This document shows, in pieces, positions 1 to 13,700 of a DNA stretch of 64,000 nucleotides. Source of the stretch: Felis catus (Eukaryota); contig NC_058368.1 in the NCBI RefSeq assembly GCF_018350175.1, positions 205,904,001-205,968,000 on the forward strand, read 5' to 3'. The translations under genes were made by a program, and so were the position numbers. Within the stretch, counting starts at the first letter, position 1; every line of letters begins with the position of its first letter. A model generated the notes under the pieces. The model had not been told where the DNA came from and did not search any database. It saw nothing but the letters and a program-made list of their open reading frames with translations.

Positions 1-1124
1 GATGTTTTTCAATGTTACTTACTTCAGAGAAGCATTTACAGAAAAGTAAAAAGTAAAACTCGCAAAATAATTTATCACAGGATGGCTTTCATAAGGGAAA
101 GGCTAATGGATTCATGTCCCCCTTCCCCACCTGTGAGTTATCTTGAGAAGCCCTATGAAAACACCCAGGACTCCCTGTTGCAATTATCAAATTTTATCGT
201 GCATACAGTTACCTGAATCTTAAAAAAAATACAGTTTCTGGTTCAGCAAGTCAGAGATGGGGCACCAGCTTTCCTGTATCAGAGTGACTTAGCTCCTGCA
301 TACGAGTAGGATGTCGCATTCTTACTGATAGAATTTCAAATAGTCGTAGTCACTCAAGGGTATTCTTAGGACACTTTAGAGCCATGGTATGTCCTTGGCA
401 TTTCCTGTTCACTTTGCCAAGCTGGCTTTATCTCTGCCTGTTATTCCAGTCTGATGAATGGCCAGGCAGATTTTACTTTCTCAGTCCAAGATAATTTTTA
501 CCTTCTCAGTTTGTGATGGAAATAGAACTCTAATTTAAGCCCCCCAAAAGAAGGGGCTATTTTTCAGCCTAATCAAAACTGAAACAGAAGCAATTTGGGG
601 ATCACTGGATCTGGGATCTCACACAGTATCATGAGGGCTTGAATTTTCTCCTTCTCTCAGTTTTACTTTCCTCTGCATTGAATATATTTAAGGAGGGTTT
701 TCCACATTGAGTCAAGATGACCAAACAGCACTTCTTTTTCCCAGTAATTTCCACCAAAAAAGCAGAATTGAGTCTGACTGGTCTGAGTTGGGACTGAAGT
801 CAATTTCCCAATCAAGCACCACACAAATGAGAATGGAGTGAGATGAGAGATGGTCACGTACAAGGAAAATCAAATCTCTGCTAGGTGTGAGAAGGTGCTC
901 CTGTCAGGCACAAATATGGATGTCCTCTAGCAAGGTTTTCCCATCACCTCTGAAAATCATGCCCTGTGTCGGAGCACTGCCTTTACTCATCGGCTTGGCC
1001 TTGATTGCTTTGAGTTCAGCTCAGAGTCCCCGGAGGAGATAAGAAAGTCAAAACTAACATAAGAAGATTTTTTTTAACATCAAGAAGATTTTTAACTTTT
1101 ATGTTTTGGAGGGTTTTTTTGTTC

Positions 1125-1215
1125 CACTTTTTTATTTTAAATGATTTCAAACTTACAGAAAAGTTGCAAAAATATTAGAGAAAACTTCCGCATATACTTT
1201 CCTTGGAGTCATTTT
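1125..1215 (-). mobile_element. Old L1 (L1M-type) 3'-end fragment
   Basis: tttattttaaatgatttcaaacttacagaaaagttgcaaaaata resembles the antisense 3' end of old eutherian L1s. Confidence 0.55.
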
Positions 1216-2137
1216 TAATTTTTTTTAATGTTAGGCTCTTCTCATCTGGGAAATAGTGTGTTTTAAAGCATTATTCAAATTCCAGAAGCAATTAGGATGT
1301 CAGTACTGAAAACTTTAAAAATCTATATCCCTGAAGCCATTCATATAATAAAGTAGGTCTTCATTCAAAATGCACAATATACTAAAGCACCACGGAGAAT
1401 ATAAAGATTAAGTGGGTGGCTCATATAAAAAGAGGAGAAAGGAAAATCCCTAAGATATATAAAATATGAGAGGATATTATGTGTGCTGTTTAGTCCAAAT
1501 AAGATGCAAGTTAGATTTCATGCTGTGGAGAAGTGACAGGCAATTCCGAGCAAGACCATTTCCAGAAGAAGGTAATATAGTGAAATTAATGGTTTTATAA
1601 TGGGAGAAATTACAGCCTTGGTAGCACCAAATCATTCTTCCCTAATCAACACTAATCGCAGGAGGTCCAAAAGTCATCAGCTCTGTCCTTGGGGTCACTC
1701 TTCAAATCATGGGATGAACAGAATCTACCTGATATCTGAGATAAAGCATTTCTGAAATAAGGAAGTGAATGAAGGAGAGTGTACGGTGTGTATCTGTGAG
1801 TGCATGTGTGTCTGCGTTAATGTTTGGAGCTCGATAGGATTTTCTGCAGGATTTCTTCTTCAAAGTTACTTATTAATAAATGAATTGAAAACTTATTAGA
1901 CGCCTCCATCTAATAAGACTCCTCACAAGGCCACATTTCCAAATTTGGGCTGCCATTTCAGCAGCTACAATTTCTTATGATGCCGCAAAAAGAAAAAGGC
2001 CTCCCAAATAAGAACTATTAGATAAAAACACGTTTTTAAACTAACAGTGGAAATATAAAAAGATGACTAGCAGCCATGGGGACATGAATGATTTTTGTGT
2101 TATTTACCAGTGAATCCCCAATACCAAGCACAATAAC

Positions 2138-2775
2138 TGTGTATTTATTTCCCAGAGCTGCTATAACAAACTGGGTGGCTTAAAACAACAAATTTAGGGG
2201 CGCCTGGGTGGCGCAGTCGGTTAAGCGTCCGACTTCAGCCAGGTCACGATCTCGCGGTCCGTGGGTTCGAGCCCCGCGTCGGGCTCTGGGCTGATGGCTC
2301 AGAGCCTGGAGCCTGTTTCCGATTCTGTGTCTCCCTCTCTCTCTGCCCCTCCCCCGTTCATGCTCTGTCTCTCTCTGTCCCAAAAATAAATAAACGTTGA
2401 AAAAAAAAATTTAAAACAACAAATTTATTCTCTCACTGTTCTGGAGACTGTAAGGTGTTGACACATTTGGTTGGTTATTGCTAGGAGATCTAGGGAGGGA
2501 AAACCATCCTATGCTTCTCTCCTAACTTCTCGTGGTTGTAGGAAACCTTGACATTCTTTGGCTTATGGATGAGTCCCTTTGCCTCCATCATCACACTGCC
2601 TTGTCTTCCATGCTTATGCCTATGTCCTCTCCTCTTCTTACAAGGACACCGCTCATCGCATTTAGGGACCACCTTAATCCAGTATGACTTCATTTGAACT
2701 AATTACATCTGCAAAGACCCTATTTCCAAAGTAGATCACATCTGAGATTCTGGCAGACACTCGCCAACCTACCAC
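2138..2775 (-). mobile_element. MaLR LTR (MLT1B/C-like), interrupted by a CanSINE
   Basis: MLT1 hallmarks gctgctataacaaa-ctgggtggcttaaaacaac, ttattctctcac.gttctggag, cttaatccagtatgacttcat, acatctgcaaagaccctatttccaaa. Confidence 0.75.
2197..2410 (+). mobile_element. Young felid CanSINE (SINEC_Fc-type)
   Basis: ggggcgcctgggtggcgcagtcgg tRNA-like head with A/B boxes, (CT)n tract, A tail; perfect 17-bp TSD ttaaaacaacaaattta at 2180-2196 and 2411-2427. Confidence 0.97.
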
Positions 2776-3304
2776 CAATTAGTACATTTCTTAAAGAAAT
2801 GCTGGAATAACCACAGTGTGTTAAGAAATAGTATCAGTGTATCATCCATCTGCCTTCTGATAAATTCCCCTATAGTTCAATGGGTGGGCAAGCTGTTCAG
2901 TAAATTTAAACCAAAACAGTGTCAAATTAAATTCAAATCTCTAGTGTGTAAAAACCCACTTGGAACTTCTTTTCTTATAGACTGACAATATAAAAAAGCC
3001 TGGACACCATAAACAACATTCTCACATTGTTACTATATAACTCTGAAAGGTAATGTTCTAACATACTCTGCTCAAATAATGTGTTTTTTTTCCTACAACC
3101 TCTCCCCTGTTACATATCTCTGTAGATGTCTTCTCAAGGAGAATGACTACATGATTAATAATCCTTTTATCCTTTTTTTTTTATTTGCCATTTTTGGTTG
3201 CACTTCAAGAGGTATAATAAATTTGTGTTAACAAGTTTACAGAACAGCATCTAGGTAGAACAGATTTGTTGTCTCGTGGTTCCATTTAGATAGTAATAAA
3301 CTCT

Positions 3305-4753
3305 GGTGTTTCCATGAGGAGCAAACAAGGAAACAGAAACTGCATAGTCATTTGAACAGGGAAAAATTAACATAAATAATTATTAACTAAAACTGGAGAT
3401 TGAAGTGATAGAGTATTGCCTAGCATTCAGTAAGGAGAACCAGAACTCTAAAGAGTATAGAAATAGCAGAAACAAGAAGCACTCTCAAACTCTAGATGTG
3501 AGATAGAACATCCAAAAAAAGAGGTCCTCTCAGAGTGAAATCATATCTAATTGGGCACTGCTGTGTCACTGGAACTTAATGGCAATCTGCCCTCTGGAGA
3601 AAGCCATCCAGAGGGAGATGTTATGCCTCAGAACTCATTGCATGTTGCTCAGGTGGGTGCAGAAGAAACCACAGACAGGGGTCTGTTCCACCAGAGTCTC
3701 TCCTGCAGAGCCACTCCTAGGGAAAGCTGTGGCCAATGGGTGTTTCTGAGCATCGTGCACTGAAGGAACACAATGCCAGAGAAGCCATACGCTGTAGGAA
3801 CCCAACATTAGAACAATCATTTGGCAGGAGGCTGGCAAGAAATACAAACTGAGACCAGGAAGGCAATAATACGTCCTTCCTTCAGGTCCTGTGATATTAT
3901 GACTGATAAGAAATATACACAGTATTTGGTTTTCATCCACAATTCTTGGCTCACAGCTCCCAAAACCTTGAAATTTCCTAAGTGTTGATAAAGGTGTCTT
4001 TTGTTATGTTAATGTGGTGACTTTTGGATTCCCACCTAGGAATGGGGGCTGTTTGCCAATGAAGCCAATCACATGATTAGAGGGTTAGAACTTTCAATCC
4101 CACTCCCAGAAACTGCAGGGAGGAGAGAAGGACCAGAGGTTGAATCAGTCACCAATGGCCAACGATTTAATCAATTGTGCCTATGTAATGAAGCCTCCAG
4201 CTTGGAGAGAGTATGGAAGCTCCTGTGCCTTTTCCCCATGGCTTACCTTATGCACCTCTTCCATTTAGCTGTTCCTGAGTTATGTCCTTTTATAATAAAG
4301 GTAAAAATGTTTTTCTGAGTTCTGTGGGTGGCTGTAGCAAATGAATTGAACCCAAGAATGGGGTCTTGAGAACCTCTGATTTGTAGCCAGTGGACAGTAC
4401 AGGTAATAACATGAACGTCCTCGGAGTATGGAGGACGACAGTCTTTGTAAGATTGAACCTTCAACCTGTGGAACCTGATGCTATTTCTAGGTAGTGTCAG
4501 AATTGAGTTGTGATTAATTCTTAGATATCTTATTGGTGTCCAAGAAGTGTTTGATGTTGTATAGGAGGCCCTGCCAATACATATGTTGGAATTAGATCCA
4601 AGAACCTAAAAAGAGTTCCCCTCCAGTGTGCTCTACCCCTAAAACTTAACATTGTGCCAGCTGAAAAAGGAAATCTATTTAAAGGACCCAACTATATTTT
4701 CACAACACAGGCAATTAGGTGTTGATTTGGAGCTATAAATTCATAACTGGCAC
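3305..4753. mobile_element. Old ERVL-type LTR remnant split by the MER21-like LTR
   Basis: Flanks 3305-3889 and 4614-4753 read as one LTR-like sequence ending ...gatttggagct...ataactggcaca; family not confidently assigned. Confidence 0.4.
3890..4613 (+). mobile_element. MER21-like LTR
   Basis: Starts tgtgatatt...aagaaatatac...tttgg...cacagctcccaaaaccttg; collinear with the second copy at 22043-23455. Confidence 0.75.
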
Positions 4754-6429
4754 ATCTGGACATCAACTTCCTTAGTTTGCAAACTGAATTTAATTATCTT
4801 TCCATGGCTTAATGACATATTCTAGACGGCTAACTTTTAGCATATTTTCATTGCTTAATGACATATAGACTGTAAACTTTTATAGGGAAGAGAAAGTTTC
4901 TCTAAATTCCACAAGTGCTAAGAGAACAGCATAACATTGGAGGTCAAATATCTGATGTGTCCTATTGTGACATTTCAACATAGTGATCTTCAATTCTGGG
5001 CCAATTACAATGCTTTTTTATCTTTAATATGAATAAAATTGAAATCATCATTACATAAAATTATTTCTAATTCAAAAGTCTAATTAGCATTATATCTACT
5101 TTCAATTATTTATTTCTCACTTCATGCTTTTTTTTTAAAACTCTTTATGACTACATTGTTGTTGTTTGATAACTGTTAACACTAGGAGGATCTAGCCTGT
5201 ATTAAGCATCTTTTATGGACTAGTACTTTCCTTATCTCATCTTATTTAATTGTCAAATATTGACATTGGAATTTAAGTATTATCATCTCCATTTTCTTTA
5301 TTTAGAGAAAACAAGACTTTAAGTTTAATAACTCTCCCAAGCCTTCATAAGCTAATAAATGGTTGAACCAAGATATAGATGCATGCATCAATGTATGCAT
5401 CAATGACTCATCAGGCCCCCATATAGCCTCTTGAAGAAAATAAGACAAGTGTTAAGAAAAAAATTATAAAATAGTTATACCATTGCTACTATTTGGCTTT
5501 TTTCTCCTTCAGTTTTAAGGCCAGAGAGCATTATTGCTTCTTGCAGAGTTAGACCAGATAAAGCGGATCAATGACGATTATTTTTTAATAACATACATCA
5601 TAACTAATGATGCTTATTATGTATACTTACAGGAACTAACTGTAGTCATTTTTTCCACTTCACCTTCTTGTTTCCCCATTCCATTTTACTCAGAACCTGG
5701 TGTTCATAGGTCTTCTTCTGTTATCACCATCTGACTCACAGAGATTCCCTGTTAATATCCAGGGGAAGGTGAAGCAAAGAATAAGCTTATCACCAATTCT
5801 TGCAATTATTTCCTTGGAGATTTAATGGAGTAGATCAATAAAGACAACTATTAAGAGGCAACGTACAAGAATAAAGAAGCTGTGCAAACATCCTGTAGAT
5901 CAGTGGACATTAATGAATCTTCTCCTTCAGTAACTTGCTTTAGAACCTACCTAGGAAATACTCCACCCTGTCTTTGAATGCTTAAAATATTTTATTATTT
6001 GACAAAATAAACACATAATCCACACATCGATTAAAATGTTACATATATTTAATTCAAGTGTATTGTGAAAGCTCACAATGCCAGCAAGGAACTTTTATAA
6101 GTAACTCATTCACTACTTGTTGAATACATATTATGTGCTAGGCTGGTGATACAACAATGAACAAAACAGACAAAAATCACAGCTGTCCTAAGGCTTAGAG
6201 TGTAGCATGGAAGACTGACTATAAAAATAAACAAGTAGTTTTATGGTATATTAGAAGGTAATACGGGGAAAAAAATAAAGCAGGAAAGGGATATTGGGAA
6301 CGTGTAGGTGACAAGTTTAAGTGGGAAGCTGAGGAAAAGTCTTACTGAGAAGGTAGCATTTGAACAAAGACCATCTTTGCTCAAAGGTAAAGTGAGCCAT
6401 GTCAACATCTGGAGAAGAACACTCCAAGC

Positions 6430-6877
6430 AGAGTTTATCAGACATCTCTTATGCATCCCTGAGACCCTCTTGGCCTCATCTGTGTCTTGTTCCAGTTTTA
6501 TGTGGACTCTGATGGATATAATTTCTTTTCTTCTGCCCCAGGGCTTCTTGTTGATGTTGCTGCTGACCCTGGGGCACTTAAACCCACAATTGCACAAGTT
6601 GGAAGTGCAGGGGAATTAATGCCCATGTGGATAAACTTTAACCAATGCAAAAGACGAGCCTGTGGATAAATTCTTCCCCCTTGATGTTTCCCAGGAACAC
6701 TGCTGCTTAAGAGTGCAGTCTACTGAATCAAACAACTAATTGCGCTAAATAGATGGCAGTTCAGTGTGTCCTTGCATTGGTTATCCATCCTTTTCTGCAT
6801 CTTTCTTCTCTTCTGTGAGAAAGAGAAATATCACATAAGCTCTATGCCTCTGTTTCTGGGTAGCCTAATCTAAGACA
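6430..6877 (+). mobile_element. LTR16-like ERVL LTR inserted in L2
   Basis: ggaagtgcaggggaattaatgccc, aaccaatg, gcctgtggataaatt; terminal ctctgtttctggg...ctaagaca; L2 sequence resumes on both sides. Confidence 0.65.
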
Positions 6878-7757
6878 TAAAAGGAAAAAGAAGTGCAAAG
6901 TCCTGAGGTAGAAATATGATCGACACACTAAAGAACAGCAAGAAGGCCATTGTGGTAAGGCCAGATGGAGCAAAGGGAAGAATAAAAGGAAACTAAGCAA
7001 TGTCATTGAGGACCAATCATGTAAGGTCTTATAGACACTGAAGAACTTTGGCATTGGTTCTGCCTGAAGTAGGAAGTTATTGACATTATCTGACTTATGG
7101 TTTAACCGGATCACTATGAACACTCTGTTAAGAGCCTGAGAGGAACAAGGGTAGACATGGAAAACCAGTTAAAAATCTTCCCTAAAAATTCTGGTAAGAG
7201 ATGATGGTGGTTTGGGCCAGTAGCAGCAGAGATGAAGAGGTGTGGTGGATTCTGGTTATATTTTGAAGGTAAATATATCAAGACTTTAGGGAGTGAGAAG
7301 GAAGAGGAAGTAAAGATGACTCTGTTGAAACTTGATTTGATATAAAATGTAAGGAAGAAAACAAGGAAAGAGTAGGTGTGGGAAGAAAGCTCAAGAATTT
7401 GGTTTTGTACATGCTAAATTTAATATACTCATTAATCTCCAAGTGCAGATGTCAACAAAACAGTTGCATAACATGTCTGGATTTTAAGGGTTTATGTTTC
7501 AAGTTTCAGAACAGTAATCATCAGTATTGTTAATGTTTAAAGACATGAGACTGAATAAGATTACCATGGAAATGAGTATAACCAGAGAAAAGAAGGGTGC
7601 AGAAACCAAGCCCTCCCAGGATACTCCAACAGTAAGTAAGGGACATAGAGGAATCCACAAAGAAGACTGAGGAGTGGTCAATGAGGATGATGAAAACCAG
7701 GAATGGTGTCCACTTAGAAAAAAAAGAAAGAAAACACTTCAAAAAGAAAAGAGGATA

Positions 7758-7982
7758 GGGGCGCCTGGGTGGCGCAGTCGGTTAAGCGTCCGACTTCAGC
7801 TAGGTCACGATCTCGCGGTCTGTGAGTTCGAGCCCCGCATCAGGCTCTGGGCTGATGGCTCAGAGCCTGGAGCCTGTTTCCGATTCTGTGTCTCCCTCTC
7901 TCTCTGCCCCTCCCCCGTTCATGCTCTGTCTCTCTCTGTCCCAAAAATAAATAAACGTTGAAAAAAAAATTTAAAAAAAAAA
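7758..7982 (+). mobile_element. Young felid CanSINE (SINEC_Fc-type)
   Basis: Near-identical to the 2197 copy; 17-bp TSD aaaaagaaaagaggata at 7741-7757 and 7983-7999. Confidence 0.97.
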
Positions 7983-10576
7983 AAAAAGAAAAGAGGATAA
8001 AATGAGAGAAAAGAAATAAATGATTTATTGTGTCGAATACTGCTGAAAGTACAACTAAGATGAGCATTGATATTTGATCAATCAAATACCAAGCATTTGA
8101 TATTTAATTTAGCAAATGGGACTTGTTGACAACAGTATTTTTATTGGAATAATAGAGACAGAAGCATGATTTGACTGAGTTCAAGAGAGAATGGCAGAGG
8201 AGAAATAGAGATAGTGAGAAAAGACCTCACTTGAGGGGGTTTGCTATAGAGGAGACTAAAGGAATTGAGTGATTACTAGAGAGAAAATGAAAGGAAAGGT
8301 TTAGTTGAGATTGTTAAACTAAGAGCTTATAAGCAGATAATGAGAATAATCCACCAGGAGGGGAAATTAATGATGCAGGAAAGGAGTATTACTGGGGAAA
8401 TAGCCCTGAGAATGTGAGAATAGAATATAATGGACAATTGAAAAGGTTGTCCTTACTAGGAACACAGACACCTCATCTGCAGGAGCAAGAGGGAAGATAA
8501 AATATAAGGGCACAGGTGCTGGTCAGTGAATGGATGTAATGTGGAAACTTGTAGACCTTCTCCTGTGATTGCCACCATGTATTCAGTAAAACTGAAAGCA
8601 AATTCATCAGCTGAGAGTAAGCATGGGTAAGTAGGTGCTGAAGGTAAGGAGAGAGGAGAGAGCACAAAATAGTCATCTATCACCCTTTCTGTTTGAGAAT
8701 TCTAAGTTACTTTCATTCTAAGCTACCTACTCCCAAATCCCCTACCCCAACCACCAATGCCAAATGGTAATCAAAGTAGAATTCATGGAGGGGTTTCATA
8801 GTGAGCAGAACCTGGTAAAGTAAACAACTCTGCTCACTCAAATTCTCTATTTTCTCTGGGGCACTTGGAATAGGGCCAAGCATGGTCTCTGTTTTTATCA
8901 CTTGAAATGTTTTCAGCAACAACTAATCCAACTTCATGTCCCATCCCAATGGTTCAATTGATACCCAATTAGTTCTGGGGGTAAGGAGTCAGGCTGAGCT
9001 TCTTTTCCTGCTTGGAATGACTTCTTGAGAAAAAGCTGAACCAACTTTCTCTGGTAGGCATCTAGGGGATTCTGGATATTTTGATGAGGCAAGATGAATC
9101 CAAAGTTTCCTTTCTTTCCTCTAGGGCATCTAGAGATGCCCTAGATTGAACTTCTAGAGATGCCCTAGAAGAAAGGAAGAATGAGTTAGAATTTCTATGC
9201 CCCAGAAAATTTTAAGAACTTAACAAATATTGTCTCCTTCTTTTTGGTCTGCTTCCATTTGGCTAGCCTTCATTATATATATTTTTCAGATACATAGACC
9301 TTCTTTTCCATGTCTGGATTGGGAACTACATTTTTTCCTTGTCTTATAAACAAAATAAATTGCATTTAGAATGCTTTCCTTCTTAAACTTTACACATGCA
9401 TTATGTCTGTCATGTTCACAAAAACTGTATCAGAGAGGTATCTGATTTTGTAAATAAAGAAACTGAGGTTTTAAATGACCTATTCAAATTTATGTATCTA
9501 ATGAGCAAAGGATTATTTTTGCCAATACCCTTTTACCACAGATCTCATAACTTTCACTAAGATTATATTTACCCATCTTTTCTCTGCTGTCTACTACAAT
9601 TATAGCACTATACCAACCCAATAAAATTCTAGATGGATTCAGCTAGTCTAAGCTTAGAATATCCAACTAGAAATTGATTAGCAGTGGACATGTACCTTAC
9701 TGATCAAAGATTCTAAACCCTTCTGTCAGTGGAAACATATACTTCATCAGTAAAAATAGATGAAATTTTTCACTAGTTACTAATATGTTTAAGGAAGACT
9801 TAAATTTCCTTAAGCTACAGAATTCTGGAGAATCTGCAAGCCAATATTTTAGCCAGCCAGTACCCTGTAAATTAAAGAAAATCATAAGAAGTCTCACAGA
9901 CCAGGAAGACTATGACAAAGGAGTTGGGGTAAGGAAGAAAAAAAAAAGAAAGAAAGAGAAAATCTAGGTTTTATGGGAAGAGAAACTAACATTTATCCAG
10001 CTTTTTTAATCTGCCAGGCATTTTATACATATTATTTATATCAACCTTGAGAGCCATGAAGTAGAAGTAGGATCTCTCAAAGACTAATAATGTTCAAAAC
10101 ATTGTAAACTTTGTAAGTAGGATTTCCACCCAATATTCCCTGACTTCCCACCTCATCTTCTTTGGAAAGGCTATTTTATTCCCAAGGATCCTAAAATACT
10201 TGCCAATAGCAACATGGTTACAATAAATGTATTTGAGCCAACAGACATAAACATATATGTAATAAACACTTAAAGAAAAGAAAAAAGTCCAATTCCTCCA
10301 TAATATGCCAACCTAGGCAATTAACTAACACAAGTCTAGAATCACAAGGTGTCTTGTTTTGAAAAGGCCATTATAGAGCCTGCTATCTTCCTGTACATGC
10401 TGTTTTCAAATGTGAATAGTTTCTTTCCAAGGCAGCTAAAAAGAAGGCAATTTTGCCAAAAAGAACAATGTGTAATCCGATGTTTTGCCTGTCTTTATCA
10501 GTTCATCCTTAGAGATGTTAACTGTATGCCCAAACCTAAATTAAGAATCAGAATTTCAATAAATAATTGAACTCTT

Positions 10577-10783
10577 GGGGTGCCTGGGTGGCTCAGTCAG
10601 TTGAATATCCAACTTCAGCTCAGGCCATGATCTCACTGTTCGTGAGTTCTGGGCTAACATCTCCAGGTCTGGAGCCACCTCAGATTCTGTATCTCCCTCT
10701 CTCCACCCTTCCCTTGTTTGTGCTCTCTCTCTCTCTCTCTCTCCCCCCTCTCTCTGTCTCAAAAAAAAAATAAACATTAAAAA
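10577..10783 (+). mobile_element. CanSINE
   Basis: ggggtgcctgggtggctcagtc head, CT tract, A tail; 16-bp TSD aaataattgaactctt at 10561-10576 and 10784-10799. Confidence 0.95.
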
Positions 10784-10819
10784 AAATAATTGAACTCTTA
10801 TAAGGAAGAGACATTCATG

Positions 10820-12030
10820 TATTGATTGAATTAACATTTTAATTAAAAACTCCTATTTTTCAGGTATTCTCCTATATCCTTTAGATACAGGGGTGAACAA
10901 AATATAAACATACTTGTTCTCACGGAATAAACATACGTTATAGGAGGGCTAGGAAAGCTATAGCCAATATAGGAGAGCTAAAGCCAATTATTAGACAGTT
11001 ACATAATCACAAATGTAATACAATATATGAAGTGAAAATAATGAGTTGTAAGTAAGCATACAAAAAAAAAATCACCTGACTTATTTTGGAAATCATAGCA
11101 GATTCCTAGAAGAAGTGAGACTTGAGTTCAAAAGGACAAGTGGGTGCTGGCTAGCTGAAGAGAGAGGAAGGGTCAGGGAAGGCTTGGGCAGCAGCATTAA
11201 GTGGAAGCATGGAATGCTCTGGTTTCAGAAGGAATTCCATTAATGCTTTTGGGGATTGAGGAGGGAGGAGCTTGAGACGGAGCTAAAGAGGTTATGCAAG
11301 GTCTTGTGGACTTTGAGAAGCACTCTGGACTGTATTTATTTTTTTATTTTAATTTTTTAAATATGTATTTATTTATTTTGAGAGAGAGCACGCACACGTG
11401 TGCAAGCAGGGGAGAGACAGAGAGAGGGAGAGAGAGAATCCCAAGCAGGCTCCGCCTTGTCAGCACACATGCAGGGCTCCATCTCATGAACCATGAGATC
11501 ATGACCTGAACCGAAATCAAGAGTACAACACATAACCAACTGAGCCACGTAGGGGCCCCTGGCCTGGATTTTGAAGGCAATCTGATACTGTTAAAAATTT
11601 TTAAGAAAGAGAGAGAACTAAACATATTTGTTTCTTGAAAGATTTCTCTGGATGCTATGAATAAATTGGAAGGACCAAACAAAAATATTCTTCAGGAATT
11701 CAGGAAAGAGAGGAGGATGGTTTGAACTAGAATAAGGGTAATAGAGGTGGAGAAGAGTAGGTGGGCTTCAAAACACAAGAATTAGTGTTTAATTCAATAT
11801 GGGGGTAGAGAAGAAAGAGGGTCTGATATTACATCCATGTTTCTAACTTGAGAAAATCATGAAATTGTACTAATCATAAAAATGGAAGAAATCCAAGGAT
11901 ACACACATTTGGAAAGGTGCAGTATTGTTCCAACTTTGGACATAATGAATTTTAGATACTTGTTTGATGAGGAGGAGCTCTTAAGTAGGCTGCTGGGTAA
12001 ACTGGCTGATGATACAAATTTGAGAATGTC
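10820..12030 (-). mobile_element. L2 remnant containing a CanSINE
   Basis: Degenerate antisense L2 motifs (agatacaggggtgaacaaaa, agaagaagtgagacttgag, tttggacataatgaatttt). Confidence 0.55.
11338..11559 (-). mobile_element. CanSINE
   Basis: T tail, (AG)n tract, ...aaccaactgagccacgtaggggcccc. Confidence 0.93.
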
Positions 12031-12599
12031 TCCAAATCTATTTAGGTACAGAGCCTAGATTGAAACAAGGCTCCTTCTCAATTATTTAGGTTGTATTGCA
12101 CAGTGACAGCAGGACACAGATATGCACAAAGGAGAAACCAATAACAGATACCCCTTGTGACAAGTATTTTCCTCCCATGTGGGCCCTCAAATTAACTGAC
12201 CTTTTATCCTTCATCATCTAAGTGACTTCCTTGTTTCAGTTCTATTGGGATAGGATTTGAGCCATCAACAAATGGTAATGAAGATGTGAAAGCAACATTG
12301 CCTAGAACTTTTCCCCTTAAGGTGTGGAAAAGGCTAAAATTTTAAGAATGAAAAACATCTTCATAGATAAAAATTTTACAGTGTAGATTAAACAGAAACC
12401 AGGGGCTAATATCAAGAAAGAGAATATAGTTCATCAAGGATAAATTCTCAACATTAACCTAGGTGGTATACAGGGTATTCAAAAAATACGTGCTATACAT
12501 CATGCTTATAATTAAAGGTAATGATTCATAGATGAAAGACATTTAATTATTAGGCAAGACAAACAAAAATTTTAAAAAATATGTTCAAACATACGGTAT

Positions 12600-13700
12600 G
12601 GATTATTTGTTCAGTCAATAAACACTTGTTGAGGAATCATCATTTGACAGACTCTGTGTTGTATCTGTATCTCAAGACATAGAGAAGAATAAAATATTAG
12701 TTTCTTCATTGAAGAAAGTCAAGTTTTAGGGGAAAAACAGATAACTATCAAAAAGTTACAAAACAAACATACTCAAAATAAATGTGTTTCCATGGGAAAT
12801 TCCATGGGAACATTTAAATTGGATCGATTAAATTGACTGAGGTAATGATATTTCAATTTGATTTAAAAAAAAAAAGGTGAATGTGCCAAACTGAAAATGG
12901 TGGAAGGCCTCTATAAGCCTAAGACATAGTTTGGCAAAAGAAACAGAAGAATGAAAGGTTGCAGTGGACTGACTGATATACAGGTATATGGTGGGAACCA
13001 GTGGGAACTGGTGGAAAAAGAGTCTGGGATGGTGGATTAGGGTTCTGTGTACTGTGCCACGGGTTTTATCCTGCAGGTAATGAGGGATCATCTGATCGAT
13101 TCCCGAGAGAGGTGAGCCATATTCCACATGGGACCGAGTCTGGATATTGGTGGAGTAAAATGGTTACCTGAGTAGGCATGGCAATGTTACAAATGAAGTT
13201 CAAAAGATAAGAAACTGTTTAACACTAAGAAAGCCAAATCTGTCAAGCGTGAGGGTTGAGCACTATAGATGAATAATAGTACAAGGTAAATGGTTGCAGG
13301 AATGGGTTGAAAATAAAAAGACAAAGAGTAAAATAAAGGGCCCCAAGAGCTAAGGAACAGCAGATTCACTTAATAGGCCTCTGTCTAGGACACGGGTGAA
13401 TGAGTTGGTTTAGTTAAAAGGGATGAAGTTTGGGGAGCTCTCGCAGAGGGAGACATAGGTTGTTAAACAAGGAGCTAACATAATCAGACTGGTATTTTAG
13501 AAGAATTGCACTGGAGTATGGTGAAAGATGGAGCGAAGATAAGGGTCAGGAAAGCGTTCTTTTGTGAATGTGAAGAAGAGAAAGACTTTGGTGAAAGTTT
13601 AAACTAGTTTATGGGCCAGAACAGTTTGGTCAGGAAGGGGAAAGATAAAATGCTGCCAGAGAGGTTGGGTAAGACTGCAAGGTGATTTGCAGGATGGGTA
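12600..13700 (-). mobile_element. Highly diverged L2 remnant(s)
   Basis: ttgttcagtcaataaacacttgttgagg start and purine-rich L2-like body. Confidence 0.45.

Larger units (their letters stand above)
6105..8680 (-). mobile_element. L2 LINE remnant, interrupted by an LTR16-like element and a CanSINE
   Basis: Antisense L2 3' end (cattcact...ttgaat...atgtgctaggc...gatacaacaatgaacaaaacagac) followed by the typical purine-rich L2 body. Confidence 0.75.

Noticed and set aside
1892..1917. 9-bp-arm hairpin and other short duplications (about 1055, 5385, 12790, 24280, 60826)
   Set aside because: Too short to distinguish from ordinary slippage or chance in AT-rich DNA.
2197..2290. tRNA genes at SINE heads
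   Set aside because: The A/B boxes belong to tRNA-derived CanSINEs and are followed by the SINE body, CT tract and A tail.
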